Below are positions 29,101 through 37,486 of a DNA stretch of 64,000 nt, in pieces. The position numbers and the translations under genes are program-made. Each line of letters opens with the position of its first letter. Position 1 is the first letter of the stretch. The stretch spans positions 1-64,000 of IMG/VR virus record IMGVR_UViG_3300047548_001236; one strand, written 5' to 3'. The notes beneath the pieces were generated by a model that was not told the origin of the DNA, ran no database searches, and saw only the letters and a list, made by a program, of their open reading frames with translations.

Positions 29101-29146
29101 CGCTCTTTTTGAGAGAGCCGACTTTACCAAATTTGCCCACACGCCC
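29066..29146 (-). tRNA. tRNA-Leu(CAA), short variable region
   Basis: GCTCT-CTCAAAA-AGAGC; CCA. Confidence 0.88.
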
Positions 29147-29154
29147 ATTTTTAT

Positions 29155-29227
29155 TCAGGATGGCCTTCTGTAAGCTACTACAAATTGGAGGTTTGTTGCT
29201 TTCTGAGATATTGGCTGAAACCATCTT
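29155..29227 (-). ncRNA. CAGC-stem cassette 6
   Basis: GATGG/CCATC stem plus TTTCAGCCAA. Confidence 0.5.
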
Positions 29228-29236
29228 ATAATTTAT

Positions 29237-29321
29237 TCAGGATCAATGTTTGTGGAATCGAACCACTTCGACAAGTTTTTCAAGACTCGTTTTATCCGAA
29301 GATGTTGCGGAACTGATCCTT
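29237..29321 (-). ncRNA. CCGCAA cassette 7 carrying anticodon-like arm and T arm
   Basis: AGGATCA/TGATCCT; CGAGTCTTGAAAAACTTG; GTGGTTCGATTCCAC. Confidence 0.7.
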
Positions 29322-29713
29322 TATTTGTCTTTACATACTATCAAACAGTTCCTCATGGAAGTCAATAATTAATTTGCCCAGCCGCTTCCTGGGCGATGTA
29401 CCTACTTTGACCTTACGTCCTAGACCGGTACCCGGTGCTCGCGCGGACCCAAGCCACTAGTGCTCTCCATATTTATAGACCCATGGGCTGATGATGGGTC
29501 TTTCTTACATAGGTTGAGTCTGATATGCATTTTAAGATCCCCGCTTATACTCTGCTCGGATCACGTTTGAAGTTAGACTTCAACTCGTCTTAGACGGACC
29601 ATCCCGTTGCTTTCAGAGGTTAAACCACCTATGTGAGTCATGTCCCGGGTCCCCGTACGGTGAACCTATTACCCCCTCGAGGCAAGCCTCACTACAGGAC
29701 GGGCATTTCATAC

Positions 29714-29830
29714 TTACGAGCTGGCTTTCTTATCGTTGTAAGCCTTGAGCTTCGCAAGAAACTCTTCTTCTGTTAGCGAGTGCCAACCAACACATTTGCC
29801 AGTCGGCGATCGTCCACATCCACAGTCCAT
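29714..29830 (-). CDS. 38-aa CDGSH-like Fe-S/Zn mini-protein
   Basis: MDCGCGRSPTGKCVGWHSLTEEEF...; AAGGA SD; below the ORF-track size cutoff. Confidence 0.7.
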   Translation of the reverse strand: MDCGCGRSPTGKCVGWHSLTEEEFLAKLKAYNDKKASS

Positions 29831-29852
29831 TTTCATTATCCTTTGTTTTGTT

Positions 29853-29981
29853 TCTGGATCATCTTTGATGCGTCGTTGCGTTTACCATTCCGCCACACGA
29901 ACATTGGCTCGTGGTAGGACTCGAACCTACAATTGCTTGTGCAATACGATTTTACAATGCAGAGTTGCTGTACTGATCCAT
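29853..29981 (-). ncRNA. CAGCAA cassette 8: permuted class-II tRNA-like RNA (Tyr-GUA or Leu-like)
   Basis: TTGTAAA loop, variable arm, T arm, CCA in loop, then D arm GGCGGAATGGTAAACGC. Confidence 0.72.
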
Positions 29982-29989
29982 TAATTGAA

Positions 29990-30433
29990 TTATACCTCTT
30001 CAAAAGCCTTTAGTTTCCACTGGAGAGTTTCGTGGATATCAATTTGACCTTCAAGGAAGTTAAGCACACCACGTTCATTCAATTCTTCCGCCATTTTTGC
30101 AGCCGTACGCAGCTCATCAAGAACTACTTCGTTATCAGATGCAAGACGAATAAACATGAACTTAGCGCTTGGGATAGCAATCTCGTCGGAGATTGCGCTT
30201 AGCTCCGAGAATCTTTTCAACGATCCTGGGGTGAATGCTCCCATTGCACGGATATGCTCAGCGTAGAGATCTACAGAGTTCCACGTGTCTGTATATACTG
30301 TTCCGAAGAACGTGTGATACTGGTCAAAGTTTGGACCTGTAACGTTCCAGTGATAGTTATGTGCTTTCAGGTAGAAAGCAAATACAGATGCGAGAACTTT
30401 CTTCATCTGTTCTATGAGTTGTTGTTTGTCCAT
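29990..30433 (-). CDS. dps: Dps/ferritin-like DNA protection protein
   Basis: KAHNYHWNVTGPNF..YH..F; D..AEHIR. Confidence 0.92.
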   Translation of the reverse strand: MDKQQLIEQMKKVLASVFAFYLKAHNYHWNVTGPNFDQYHTFFGTVYTDTWNSVDLYAEHIRAMGAFTPGSLKRFSELSAISDEIAIPSAKFMFIRLASDNEVVLDELRTAAKMAEELNERGVLNFLEGQIDIHETLQWKLKAFEEV

Positions 30434-30450
30434 GTTAGGGCCCTCTCGAA

Positions 30451-30819
30451 TTACGGATATCTGTTGATTGAAGGATAGTTGCCAGTCTTAGCAAGATGGA
30501 ATCCGCGGTCGACAGCACCTTGTAGCGTGTCATGTGGCTCTTTTCCAAGAGCACCATATGCACCAGTACGTAGGTAATACTTTCCATCACCCTCCTGTCT
30601 GATTACAACAACTTCATCCCCATCCTTTTCAACCTCATGAACAACGTGAGGATCTTCTCTGTGAATCTTAGAAACGTAAACAGAGTATCCTTTGGAACGA
30701 AGATCACGTACTTCTGGATGTTGGTTCAGTGGAGGAATATCATCATTGTATCCGACATCCGCCTCCGACAAGTTAGCACGAATAGCCTGCTCGACAAGCA
30801 GCTTGATATTGGTCATTGT
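30451..30819 (-). CDS. Late hypothetical protein, possible internal protein
   Basis: TATAAATA upstream; LVE/LSE motifs near N-terminus. Confidence 0.55.
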   Translation of the reverse strand, partial: TMTNIKLLVEQAIRANLSEADVGYNDDIPPLNQHPEVRDLRSKGYSVYVSKIHREDPHVVHEVEKDGDEVVVIRQEGDGKYYLRTGAYGALGKEPHDTLQGAVDRGFHLAKTGNYPSINRYP

Positions 30820-30859
30820 GTTCCCCTTGTAGTATACTGACACAACAGTATTTATACTA

Positions 30860-31075
30860 CTAGGCTAGTTCACCTTTTTCAGCGACGCAAGCACCATCAA
30901 TAGACGTGACCGTGTACATTGATGACAGAATGACAAACAAATCCTGGCTCATTTGATTCACTCGAATGTTACAGTTTTCGATGGTGTTGTAAGGTCCCCA
31001 TTCATCTTCAACCACAGCACATCGTTCGGATGTAGGGGTCACCATCAAGCATACAAGAACCATTGCCTTAAACAT
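30860..31075 (-). CDS. Small Cys-containing hypothetical protein
   Basis: MFKAMVLVC...D.WGPY...C. Confidence 0.6.
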   Translation of the reverse strand: MFKAMVLVCLMVTPTSERCAVVEDEWGPYNTIENCNIRVNQMSQDLFVILSSMYTVTSIDGACVAEKGELA

Positions 31076-31331
31076 AGACACATCTCCTTTTGAATACAAC
31101 TCTAAGCAAGAGCACGTTTGTACTCAGGGCGTGCAGATGCTATGCCTTGATATTTATTTCAGAACAGCCGCAGTCCTCGATGATCATCATACTGCCACAA
31201 CCACATGTTGCACGTTCCCTGGCTCGTCCACGATCCACCGCCAGGTCTCTAAGCTGCTCTAGGATAATCACCTGCCGGCTTCTACCCTAGCCTCACGGTT
31301 TGTTCTAGAATTTATCCACTTTGGCTTATTT

Positions 31332-31425
31332 TGGTGCCCATGACAGGATTCGAACCTGCATGCCCCTTTTACAAGGCGGCGCCATCTCAGGGCGCTGTGG
31401 CTACCAGAAGTTACACCACATGGGC
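31332..31425 (-). tRNA. tRNA-Leu(GAG), second copy
   Basis: Loop CTGAGAT, long variable arm. Confidence 0.82.
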
Positions 31426-31520
31426 AGAATATTGGTCGGTCTCTCCCTGATGTCACACCTTTGCAGAGCGGTCTCTACAACCGTAAAGGATGCTTCGATG
31501 TTTACAGAGCCTTTGGATAA

Positions 31521-31626
31521 TGGTGGTCTCAGCAGGATTCGAACCTGCACCGCGCCGGAAGCACATTCCGGTGTTCACCCGAGGTTTCACTCTGCAGCGC
31601 TACTACCCTCAACGAACTCCGAGACC
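31521..31626 (-). ncRNA. tRNA-like RNA with acceptor, T arm and CCA but aberrant body
   Basis: GGTCTCG/TGAGACC-A-CCA; GCAGGTTCGAATCCTGC. Confidence 0.6.
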
Positions 31627-31631
31627 ATAAT

Positions 31632-31712
31632 TGGTGCTGATGGAGGGACTCGAACCCTCAAAAACTCACTTTCTGAAAATGAGATGTCTACCTGAAATTG
31701 CATCACATCAGC
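31632..31712 (-). tRNA. tRNA-Leu(CAG), short variable region
   Basis: Loop TTCAGAA. Confidence 0.8.
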
Positions 31713-31717
31713 GTTAT

Positions 31718-31793
31718 TGGATGCCCCGCTTGGACTCGAACCAAGGTTTTCGCGCTCAGAACGCGACGTCCTACCGGCATAGACGACGGGGCA
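31718..31793 (-). tRNA. tRNA-Gln(CUG)
   Basis: Loop TTCTGAG; U1-A72. Confidence 0.88.
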
Positions 31794-31797
31794 AAGA

Positions 31798-32523
31798 TTA
31801 TATGGTGCGGCCGAAGTTCCACCCGTCAGGGAGAGTGTCTCCTTTAGCCATTTTCCTATTGTTGTGACCGTCTGTTATCCAAACAGAGTTCTCTGTTTTT
31901 CCACGCACCCAACCTTCTGGTATATCGGAATCGTTAGTTAGACGTTTATTCGTTTTACCGTCGGTTATCCACATAAACGGTTGTCTCTTTCCTTTATTCC
32001 GCTCTTTAGAGCGGTAATTTGAATCTTTCCATTTCTGAGAAATACTTTCTGATATTTTCTGTTTATGTTCTTCGGTTTTTGCCACACCTTTGTGGAGTTT
32101 GCTATTGTGTTCAGCTATACGCTTTTTGTGATCAACCGTCAACTTGCGCCCAACACCGTGCTTATTCCCTTTCATGGCGCGTGAAATAAGTTTTTTTGTT
32201 GATTCGTTATGTGTTCTACCCTCGAACGTCAACCCATTGATCTGTTTACCGCCCAGACCACCCCCAACGCAAATGTTATATGTATCAGAACGCGCGACAA
32301 AATCTTCGTTAACTATTTCTCGTTCTTTTTGAATTGCAGCGTCAAGAGTATCGAAGCGGTACATTACTTCCTTAGAAAAGGTGTCTCTACCATACTTTAC
32401 AATAGCCCTTTTTAATAGTTTTCCGGAACCCATATATCCGTCATCAACATCGTCGGTTTTATGAAGTCCAATGTATATTTTACCATTAGCCAAATTAGTA
32501 ACTTTGTAAATGGTGTAATCCAT
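31798..32523 (-). CDS. Seg-like GIY-YIG homing endonuclease with NUMOD3
   Basis: TIYKVTNLANGKIYIG, YMGSG, HNESTKKLIS. Confidence 0.9.
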   Translation of the reverse strand: MDYTIYKVTNLANGKIYIGLHKTDDVDDGYMGSGKLLKRAIVKYGRDTFSKEVMYRFDTLDAAIQKEREIVNEDFVARSDTYNICVGGGLGGKQINGLTFEGRTHNESTKKLISRAMKGNKHGVGRKLTVDHKKRIAEHNSKLHKGVAKTEEHKQKISESISQKWKDSNYRSKERNKGKRQPFMWITDGKTNKRLTNDSDIPEGWVRGKTENSVWITDGHNNRKMAKGDTLPDGWNFGRTI

Positions 32524-32556
32524 GTGCTAATACCTCCAGCACATATTTATGATTTT

Positions 32557-32584
32557 GGAGATTTTACCATTAAACTACCTCCCA
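32557..32584 (-). pseudogene. 5' remnant of a tRNA (Gln-like)
   Basis: TGGGAGGTAGTTTAATGGTAAAATCTCC, truncated by the HEG promoter. Confidence 0.6.
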
Positions 32585-32779
32585 TCGCTCTTCTTTGAAC
32601 TGCACCGGCTGCATTCGGATCCTTGGCCGAGGCGTTCTGGCATGCAGCAGCGTACCCGTCGATGCAGTCCAAAGAAGAGTCGGTTATTACTGGTTTCCTC
32701 ACCGAAAGGTCTTTAATACACCAGTCCTATTGTCAGTCATTAAAAAGATCGTACGTCAGACTGACAATTGAGTACGATC

Positions 32780-33154
32780 TCATCCCACCGTGTCGATATG
32801 AGTCAACCGAGACGGTTCAATTTTTCCGTGATGAATATATCCATGTCCGTCTGTTCCAGGTGCAAACTTGCTCGACCAATCACTCATATCATCTGTTTCA
32901 TGATCTTTATGAAGTGGTAGGTTACTCGAATCAACTTTCCATATATCCATGGACTTGCCATCATCTGCATGGAGATTAGCAAACCACTTGGCATTATTTA
33001 AGTCTTTCCACACATACACCTTTCCAGATCTAGTGTCAAGACCTTTTTGCTTGATGGTATTATGTCTGTCAGCCAGCGACACGTGGTAGCTTGTATCGAT
33101 ACTGTGAGTCGTTTGCTCGTGTAGCTTGGTAATAAATTGGATGAAACTATCCAT
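32780..33154 (-). CDS. Putative internal protein, ADP-ribosyltransferase-like fold
   Basis: MDSFIQFI..LHE start; YHVS...IKQKGL...VYV. Confidence 0.55.
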   Translation of the reverse strand: MDSFIQFITKLHEQTTHSIDTSYHVSLADRHNTIKQKGLDTRSGKVYVWKDLNNAKWFANLHADDGKSMDIWKVDSSNLPLHKDHETDDMSDWSSKFAPGTDGHGYIHHGKIEPSRLTHIDTVG

Positions 33155-33184
33155 CACTTTCTCCGATTGTTTGATATCGGATAT

Positions 33185-33472
33185 TTATTGTTGTGATTGT
33201 TTCAGAAGAGCTTCTCTACGTCTCGCGACCTTGAGGTTACGGATCAACGTTTTTACTTCTGTTGGAGCTTTGAGATTGCATTCCATGCAAGCAGAGAGCG
33301 CTTTTACTCTAACCTCACGATCGGAAATGGTAGACACAACATCCACATAATGAAAGTAGTCGCTAACGTGTCTCATAACCTTGGATTGTAGTGCCGGATC
33401 ATTGCTTACGATCCTTTGCAGCAACAAAGCAGCTTCCGACTTTCCAAACAGATAATCCATTTCACACTCCAT
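33185..33472 (-). CDS. Hypothetical protein
   Basis: ORF. Confidence 0.5.
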   Translation of the reverse strand: MECEMDYLFGKSEAALLLQRIVSNDPALQSKVMRHVSDYFHYVDVVSTISDREVRVKALSACMECNLKAPTEVKTLIRNLKVARRREALLKQSQQ

Positions 33473-34010
33473 GCTAATTCGAATGACTGGCCCCACCTAT
33501 CTCGCCGTCAAACCGATCCTACCATTTTACCCTGGATTTACCCAGTCAAAAATAGGACCCTCCGTGATTCCGTTGGGAGGAGCAACCCTCCCGGAGTAAC
33601 AATCGAAGTGATGAGCTTCTACAAATTCGGTGTGTTACCAACCTAGCCATTTCCCAGTATAGCCTACTGCCCAACGCCTTCACGATCGGTTGGCAATCGA
33701 ATCCTGATAACCCGCAGATTCCTAGGGTATTGCAAGGGATGTTCATCACACATCCACAGGCCATATTCTTTATGCCGCTTCGAGTTTCCATTGAATTTGC
33801 AGTAACACTTCTTGCAGCCTATGATACTCGACCCGAGCATCAAGCCGTTCTGCAGCAGTGTAATCGGGATTTCTCGTTTCTTCGTGCTTGATAGACATTT
33901 GACGAGAGATCTCAACCCACTGCTTGATTAAACTATCGCGGTCCACGTCGAACTCCTAATCTTGTAAGCAGGACATACGTCCTTTTCGATTCGCAGTCAA
34001 CGTGTTTTTG

Positions 34011-34070
34011 CGGGATCATCTTGCTTTTCAACCAAAATGAAAGTTTGTATTTGTTGCGGAACTGATCCCT
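34011..34070 (-). ncRNA. CCGCAA cassette 9 displaying only an anticodon stem-loop
   Basis: GGGATCA/TGATCCC; TTTCA-TTTTGGT-TGAAA. Confidence 0.7.
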
Positions 34071-34074
34071 TTAT

Positions 34075-34149
34075 TGGTGCAGCTTAGAGGATTCGAACCT
34101 CTGACATCTGTCGAGTCAGGACAGCACTCTACCACTGAGTTAAAGCTGC
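34075..34149 (-). tRNA. tRNA-Val(GAC)
   Basis: Loop CTGACTC. Confidence 0.88.
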
Positions 34150-34156
34150 GTTATTC

Positions 34157-34232
<76 letters not shown>

Positions 34233-34369
34233 AAATATGCTCCTGGTGGGAATTGAACCCACTTCGGTCTAGAAGTTAACTTCTCTCACTGGCTCACCAG
34301 CTCGTTCGACCTACCGAGTATGTTTCAACTCTGCATTTCCCTGTGTAGCGAACTGCACAGGCAGGAGTA

Positions 34370-34430
34370 TGTGTTTGGCTCTACCACCTAATTGGCGACT
34401 TAGCTTCGTAAAGGTTAACACGAAGTACCA
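34370..34430 (-). repeat. Three-way-junction leader motif, copy 1 of 4
   Basis: GGTA-stem-CTAAGTC-stem-AGAGCCAAACACA. Confidence 0.7.
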
Positions 34431-34435
34431 GTATT

Positions 34436-34747
34436 TCATTTTTGTCTTGCTTTTGCAAAACGTGCTTGTTGTCGCTTCCATGAACGATCAGCTTTTGCCT
34501 GTTCAGCAAACACATAAGCCTTGTGTTCTGCTACCCGTCGATCATACTCCTCTTCTGTTTCCAGTCGAAGCTCGAGAATGCCGATGCCGTTACTCCCCTC
34601 CAACACGATTTCATTATCGGGGTTAGCATCTTTCGTGAACTCTTCGATCTTATCGAGTAGATCTGAAACGGTTACATATCCAGTGTTGATCGTGGTTCCT
34701 CGTACTTCAATGATCCTACGATGTAATGCTTGTTCGAGAATACTCAC
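34436..34747 (-). CDS. Hypothetical protein
   Basis: AAGGAA SD; R.ETEEEY..R motif. Confidence 0.6.
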   Translation of the reverse strand: MSILEQALHRRIIEVRGTTINTGYVTVSDLLDKIEEFTKDANPDNEIVLEGSNGIGILELRLETEEEYDRRVAEHKAYVFAEQAKADRSWKRQQARFAKARQK

Positions 34748-34773
34748 GACAGATTCCTTTCATGAACATATTT

Positions 34774-34848
34774 TGGTCAGTCTGGCGGGGATCGAACCCG
34801 CGACCTCTAGGCTCCCGACCCAGCACTCTCCCGCTGAGCTACAGACTG
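34774..34848 (-). tRNA. tRNA-Pro(GGG) with C33/A37
   Basis: Loop TCGGGAG; C1-G72, A73. Confidence 0.82.
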
Positions 34849-34854
34849 ATGAAT

Positions 34855-34931
34855 TGGTCAGGGTAGTCGGATTCGAACCGACGGTCTCCGGAGTCCAGGT
34901 CCGGCACTTTACCAAACTAAGCTACACCCTG
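34855..34931 (-). tRNA. tRNA-Pro(UGG) with C33/A37
   Basis: Loop CCTGGAC; C1-G72, A73. Confidence 0.82.
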
Positions 34932-35092
34932 TTTATTTTACTCTACGAACTTTGAAGCTCTCAGTTGTCCAATCGCCTCTTTTCTTCCACTTCATTCTGA
35001 CATCGAACACCGATGTTGCCTCAATCGTTGAATAATATTCAAATCTGAACCCATTATTCACGAGAATCTCGAACATCGTGTGATCTTTCCTA

Positions 35093-35317
35093 TCAGAAGT
35101 ACACATGAAGGTTTTTGCTTACTTTGCCTTCACCTTGAAACAGCTCCGAACCAGTCAGGAGGATCGTTTCACCCTGTTCCGTCTTGACGGTAACAGAAAG
35201 GTCAGTACCAGCCTTGGTACGAACACTCTCAATGTGACCGTAGAACGGCTGGTCGTTGTAAACACCCGTGACAACCGAACCATTTGCATTCCACAGAGCG
35301 TTCATGAAGCTGTTCAT
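35093..35317 (-). CDS. Early hypothetical protein
   Basis: AAGGAG SD, sigma70-type promoter upstream. Confidence 0.65.
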   Translation of the reverse strand: MNSFMNALWNANGSVVTGVYNDQPFYGHIESVRTKAGTDLSVTVKTEQGETILLTGSELFQGEGKVSKNLHVYF

Positions 35318-35539
35318 CTGTCGATCTCCTTTGTTGCGTTCCTTTTAGCTGATTTGAACAGCCACGTCAACGCACAAAACAGATATTTTTGAAAAATTGC
35401 AGTAGCAGCGCTCGCTTAGCACGACGGGGTCGAAAGCTGTCATTAGACATCCTGCAAGTCGGTCTTATCCGCAAACCGTCACCCAACAAGGACAGCCCAA
35501 TATCGGAATGACGGCGGTCCTAGATGCTCTTGTGAAACT

Positions 35540-35623
35540 TGGTGCTGACGGTGAGACTCGAACTCACGGTGGGTTTCCCGACGGATTACAAAACCGTTCC
35601 AATCGCCGCTATGGGACGTCAGC
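35540..35623 (-). tRNA. tRNA-Thr(UGU) with long variable arm
   Basis: Loop TTTGTAA; GGGAAACCC variable hairpin. Confidence 0.75.
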
Positions 35624-35632
35624 ATATATTTT

Positions 35633-35770
35633 TCTGGATCAACTTTTTGCTGTATACTGTGCTGCTATTACACTAATCCGCCATAGTTAGATTTGGTGGC
35701 GGACCTAGGATTTGCACCTAGACTAGTCGTTTATGATACGAAAAGCTAATTTGTTGCTGGAATGATCCAT
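35633..35770 (-). tRNA. Circularly permuted tRNA-Met(CAU) in cassette 10
   Basis: 3' half 35694-35740, 5' half 35656-35682; stem GT|CGT/ACGAC, loop ATCATAA. Confidence 0.85.
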
Positions 35771-35777
35771 TATTGAT

Positions 35778-35856
35778 TGGAGCGGGCAGGGAGAGTTGAA
35801 CTCCGCGTTCTACGGCTTGGAAGGCCGCTGGTCGCCCCTTGACCTTGTCTACCCGC
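35778..35856 (-). tRNA. tRNA-Gly(UCC), atypical
   Basis: Loop CTTCCAA; U73; odd D arm. Confidence 0.75.
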
Positions 35857-35867
35857 ATTTTTTGTTT

Positions 35868-35943
35868 TGGTCGGGGTGGCCAGACTCGAACTGACGACTT
35901 TTAGTACCCAAAACTAACGCTCTACCACCTGAGCTACACCCCG
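35868..35943 (-). tRNA. tRNA-Pro(UGG)
   Basis: Loop TTTGGGT. Confidence 0.9.
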
Positions 35944-36323
35944 TAATGTACTTTTCTATGACAGTTGGAACACAAGACTATACACTTCTGTGCTTCCTCG
36001 TAAAAGAGGCGCCGTCCTCTTGCATCGCTCGGATGCAAGTCTTTAACGGTAGGATCGAGATGGTGCAGATCAAGTACCGCAGGGTGATTCTCACCACAGT
36101 GAGCACATCCTCTCGATACCTTATACTCTCTCACCTCATCGGCAAATTTATCTCGTGCCTTTTTACGTATTACGTCATACTTCTGTTTCTTTTTAGCCTC
36201 AGATAAAGCACTAAATGCGTTTGAGCACTTCTTACAATACCGTTGATAGCCATCAGGCGACTTCGCTTGTTTGTAGAAGTTACCCAACGGTTTAGTTTGT
36301 TGGCACTGTAGACACGTTTTCAT
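35934..36323 (-). CDS. HNH endonuclease whose stop codon lies inside tRNA-Pro
   Basis: CAHCGE..LDLHHLDP...KCIVLCSNCHRKVH; TATAAATA upstream. Confidence 0.88.
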   Translation of the reverse strand: MKTCLQCQQTKPLGNFYKQAKSPDGYQRYCKKCSNAFSALSEAKKKQKYDVIRKKARDKFADEVREYKVSRGCAHCGENHPAVLDLHHLDPTVKDLHPSDARGRRLFYEEAQKCIVLCSNCHRKVHYGV

Positions 36324-36468
36324 ACGAACCCCCGTTTTGGGGTATTTATATAAACCCGAATCTCACCATATTCTAACTGTAGGGGTCTGAATCCTACAGC
36401 AGAGAAGGAAAGGGATAATCGTCAAAGGCTCTACAGACTATAGCCTCGGATCAGTGCGCTATTCCTTC

Positions 36469-36750
36469 TTATTCTTCGTACTTGGCCACTCCGCGAATGT
36501 ATTGCCAGCCATACCAATGGCGACCAACACGCGAATCAGTAATACGGATGTTGTGATCTTCCGGATTGTGACCATGCTTCTTCATGACGTCGATCAGCTT
36601 CTGCAGCTCACCTTGTACGTCTGCTTCGGTCAACATCGCACCGACGTTCCGAGCGCCTTCCTTTGCACACGGGTTGGTGTAGCACTGCCACACTCCAATA
36701 CCGGCTTCGCGAAGCATCGAACGGAACTGCTTGGTGGTCATCGTCAGCAT
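36469..36750 (-). CDS. Early hypothetical protein
   Basis: AGGAG SD before MLTMTTK. Confidence 0.6.
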   Translation of the reverse strand: MLTMTTKQFRSMLREAGIGVWQCYTNPCAKEGARNVGAMLTEADVQGELQKLIDVMKKHGHNPEDHNIRITDSRVGRHWYGWQYIRGVAKYEE

Positions 36751-36828
36751 TTGAGATTCTCCTGTGCTTGTGTTAAAGCATATATACGAGATTGCTGAAC
36801 GCTTGTCAACCAGTTTCTTGAAAATAAT

Positions 36829-36913
36829 TGGTGCCCGTGGAGGGACTCGAACCCCCATGCTTTACAGCGCTTGGACCTAAACCAAGTGTGTCTGCCAATT
36901 CCACCACACGGGC
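36829..36913 (-). tRNA. tRNA-Leu(UAG)
   Basis: Class II cloverleaf. Confidence 0.93.
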
Positions 36914-36920
36914 TAAGCTA

Positions 36921-37187
36921 TCAATCTCTCATAGGATAGATGCCTTCGGTCACGATAAACTTCTTCACTTCTCCTTGACGCCAATCACGCTTGACACCAT
37001 GTTCGTCTAGCGGTCTCAGATCTGGTAAAGCAAAATCGTGTACAGCATCGCCACCGTATGTGATTCCCAATAGCGAGAAAAGTGCTTCGTTGTTTTTGAT
37101 TGGCAGCTTTCTACCATCACATGGTAGTGTGTACATAGGTGTCCATGTAACTGCCATTTCTAATATCGTACTGATGTACAATTCCAT
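36921..37187 (-). CDS. Stand-alone phage tail-collar domain protein
   Basis: CDGRKLPI..NEALFSLLG.TYGGD...FALPDLR. Confidence 0.85.
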   Translation of the reverse strand: MELYISTILEMAVTWTPMYTLPCDGRKLPIKNNEALFSLLGITYGGDAVHDFALPDLRPLDEHGVKRDWRQGEVKKFIVTEGIYPMRD

Positions 37188-37409
37188 TTTTCAATACCTC
37201 CATAACGCACCGTGCGTTGAGGTATTTATTAAGTGTTATACAGAGCCCGTCGCCACAACATCGACAGCATTATCTACATATTTTCGGCCGTGTAGTTATA
37301 GACTTGCGTCCTTAGGGTACATCATTACAGTTACTCGAAGAACCGCGTGTTCCTTTTACTACAGCCGCTAAACCGTAGCACCTTTCACTTACTGACACTC
37401 TGTATTGTT

Positions 37410-37485
37410 TGGCTGGGGATCCAGGATTCGAACCTGGAACCTGCGGTACCAAAAACCGTTGCTCTGCCAATTGAGCTAATCCCCA
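37410..37485 (-). tRNA. tRNA-Gln(UUG)
   Basis: Loop TTTTGGT; U1-A72. Confidence 0.9.
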
Positions 37486-37486
37486 A

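Noticed and set aside
34370-34430. Calling the repeated leader motif a hammerhead, hairpin or theta (HDV-like) ribozyme
   Set aside because: It lacks CUGANGA/GAAA, hairpin loop B and the HDV nested pseudoknot, and lies 5' rather than 3' of tRNAs; kept as an unknown motif
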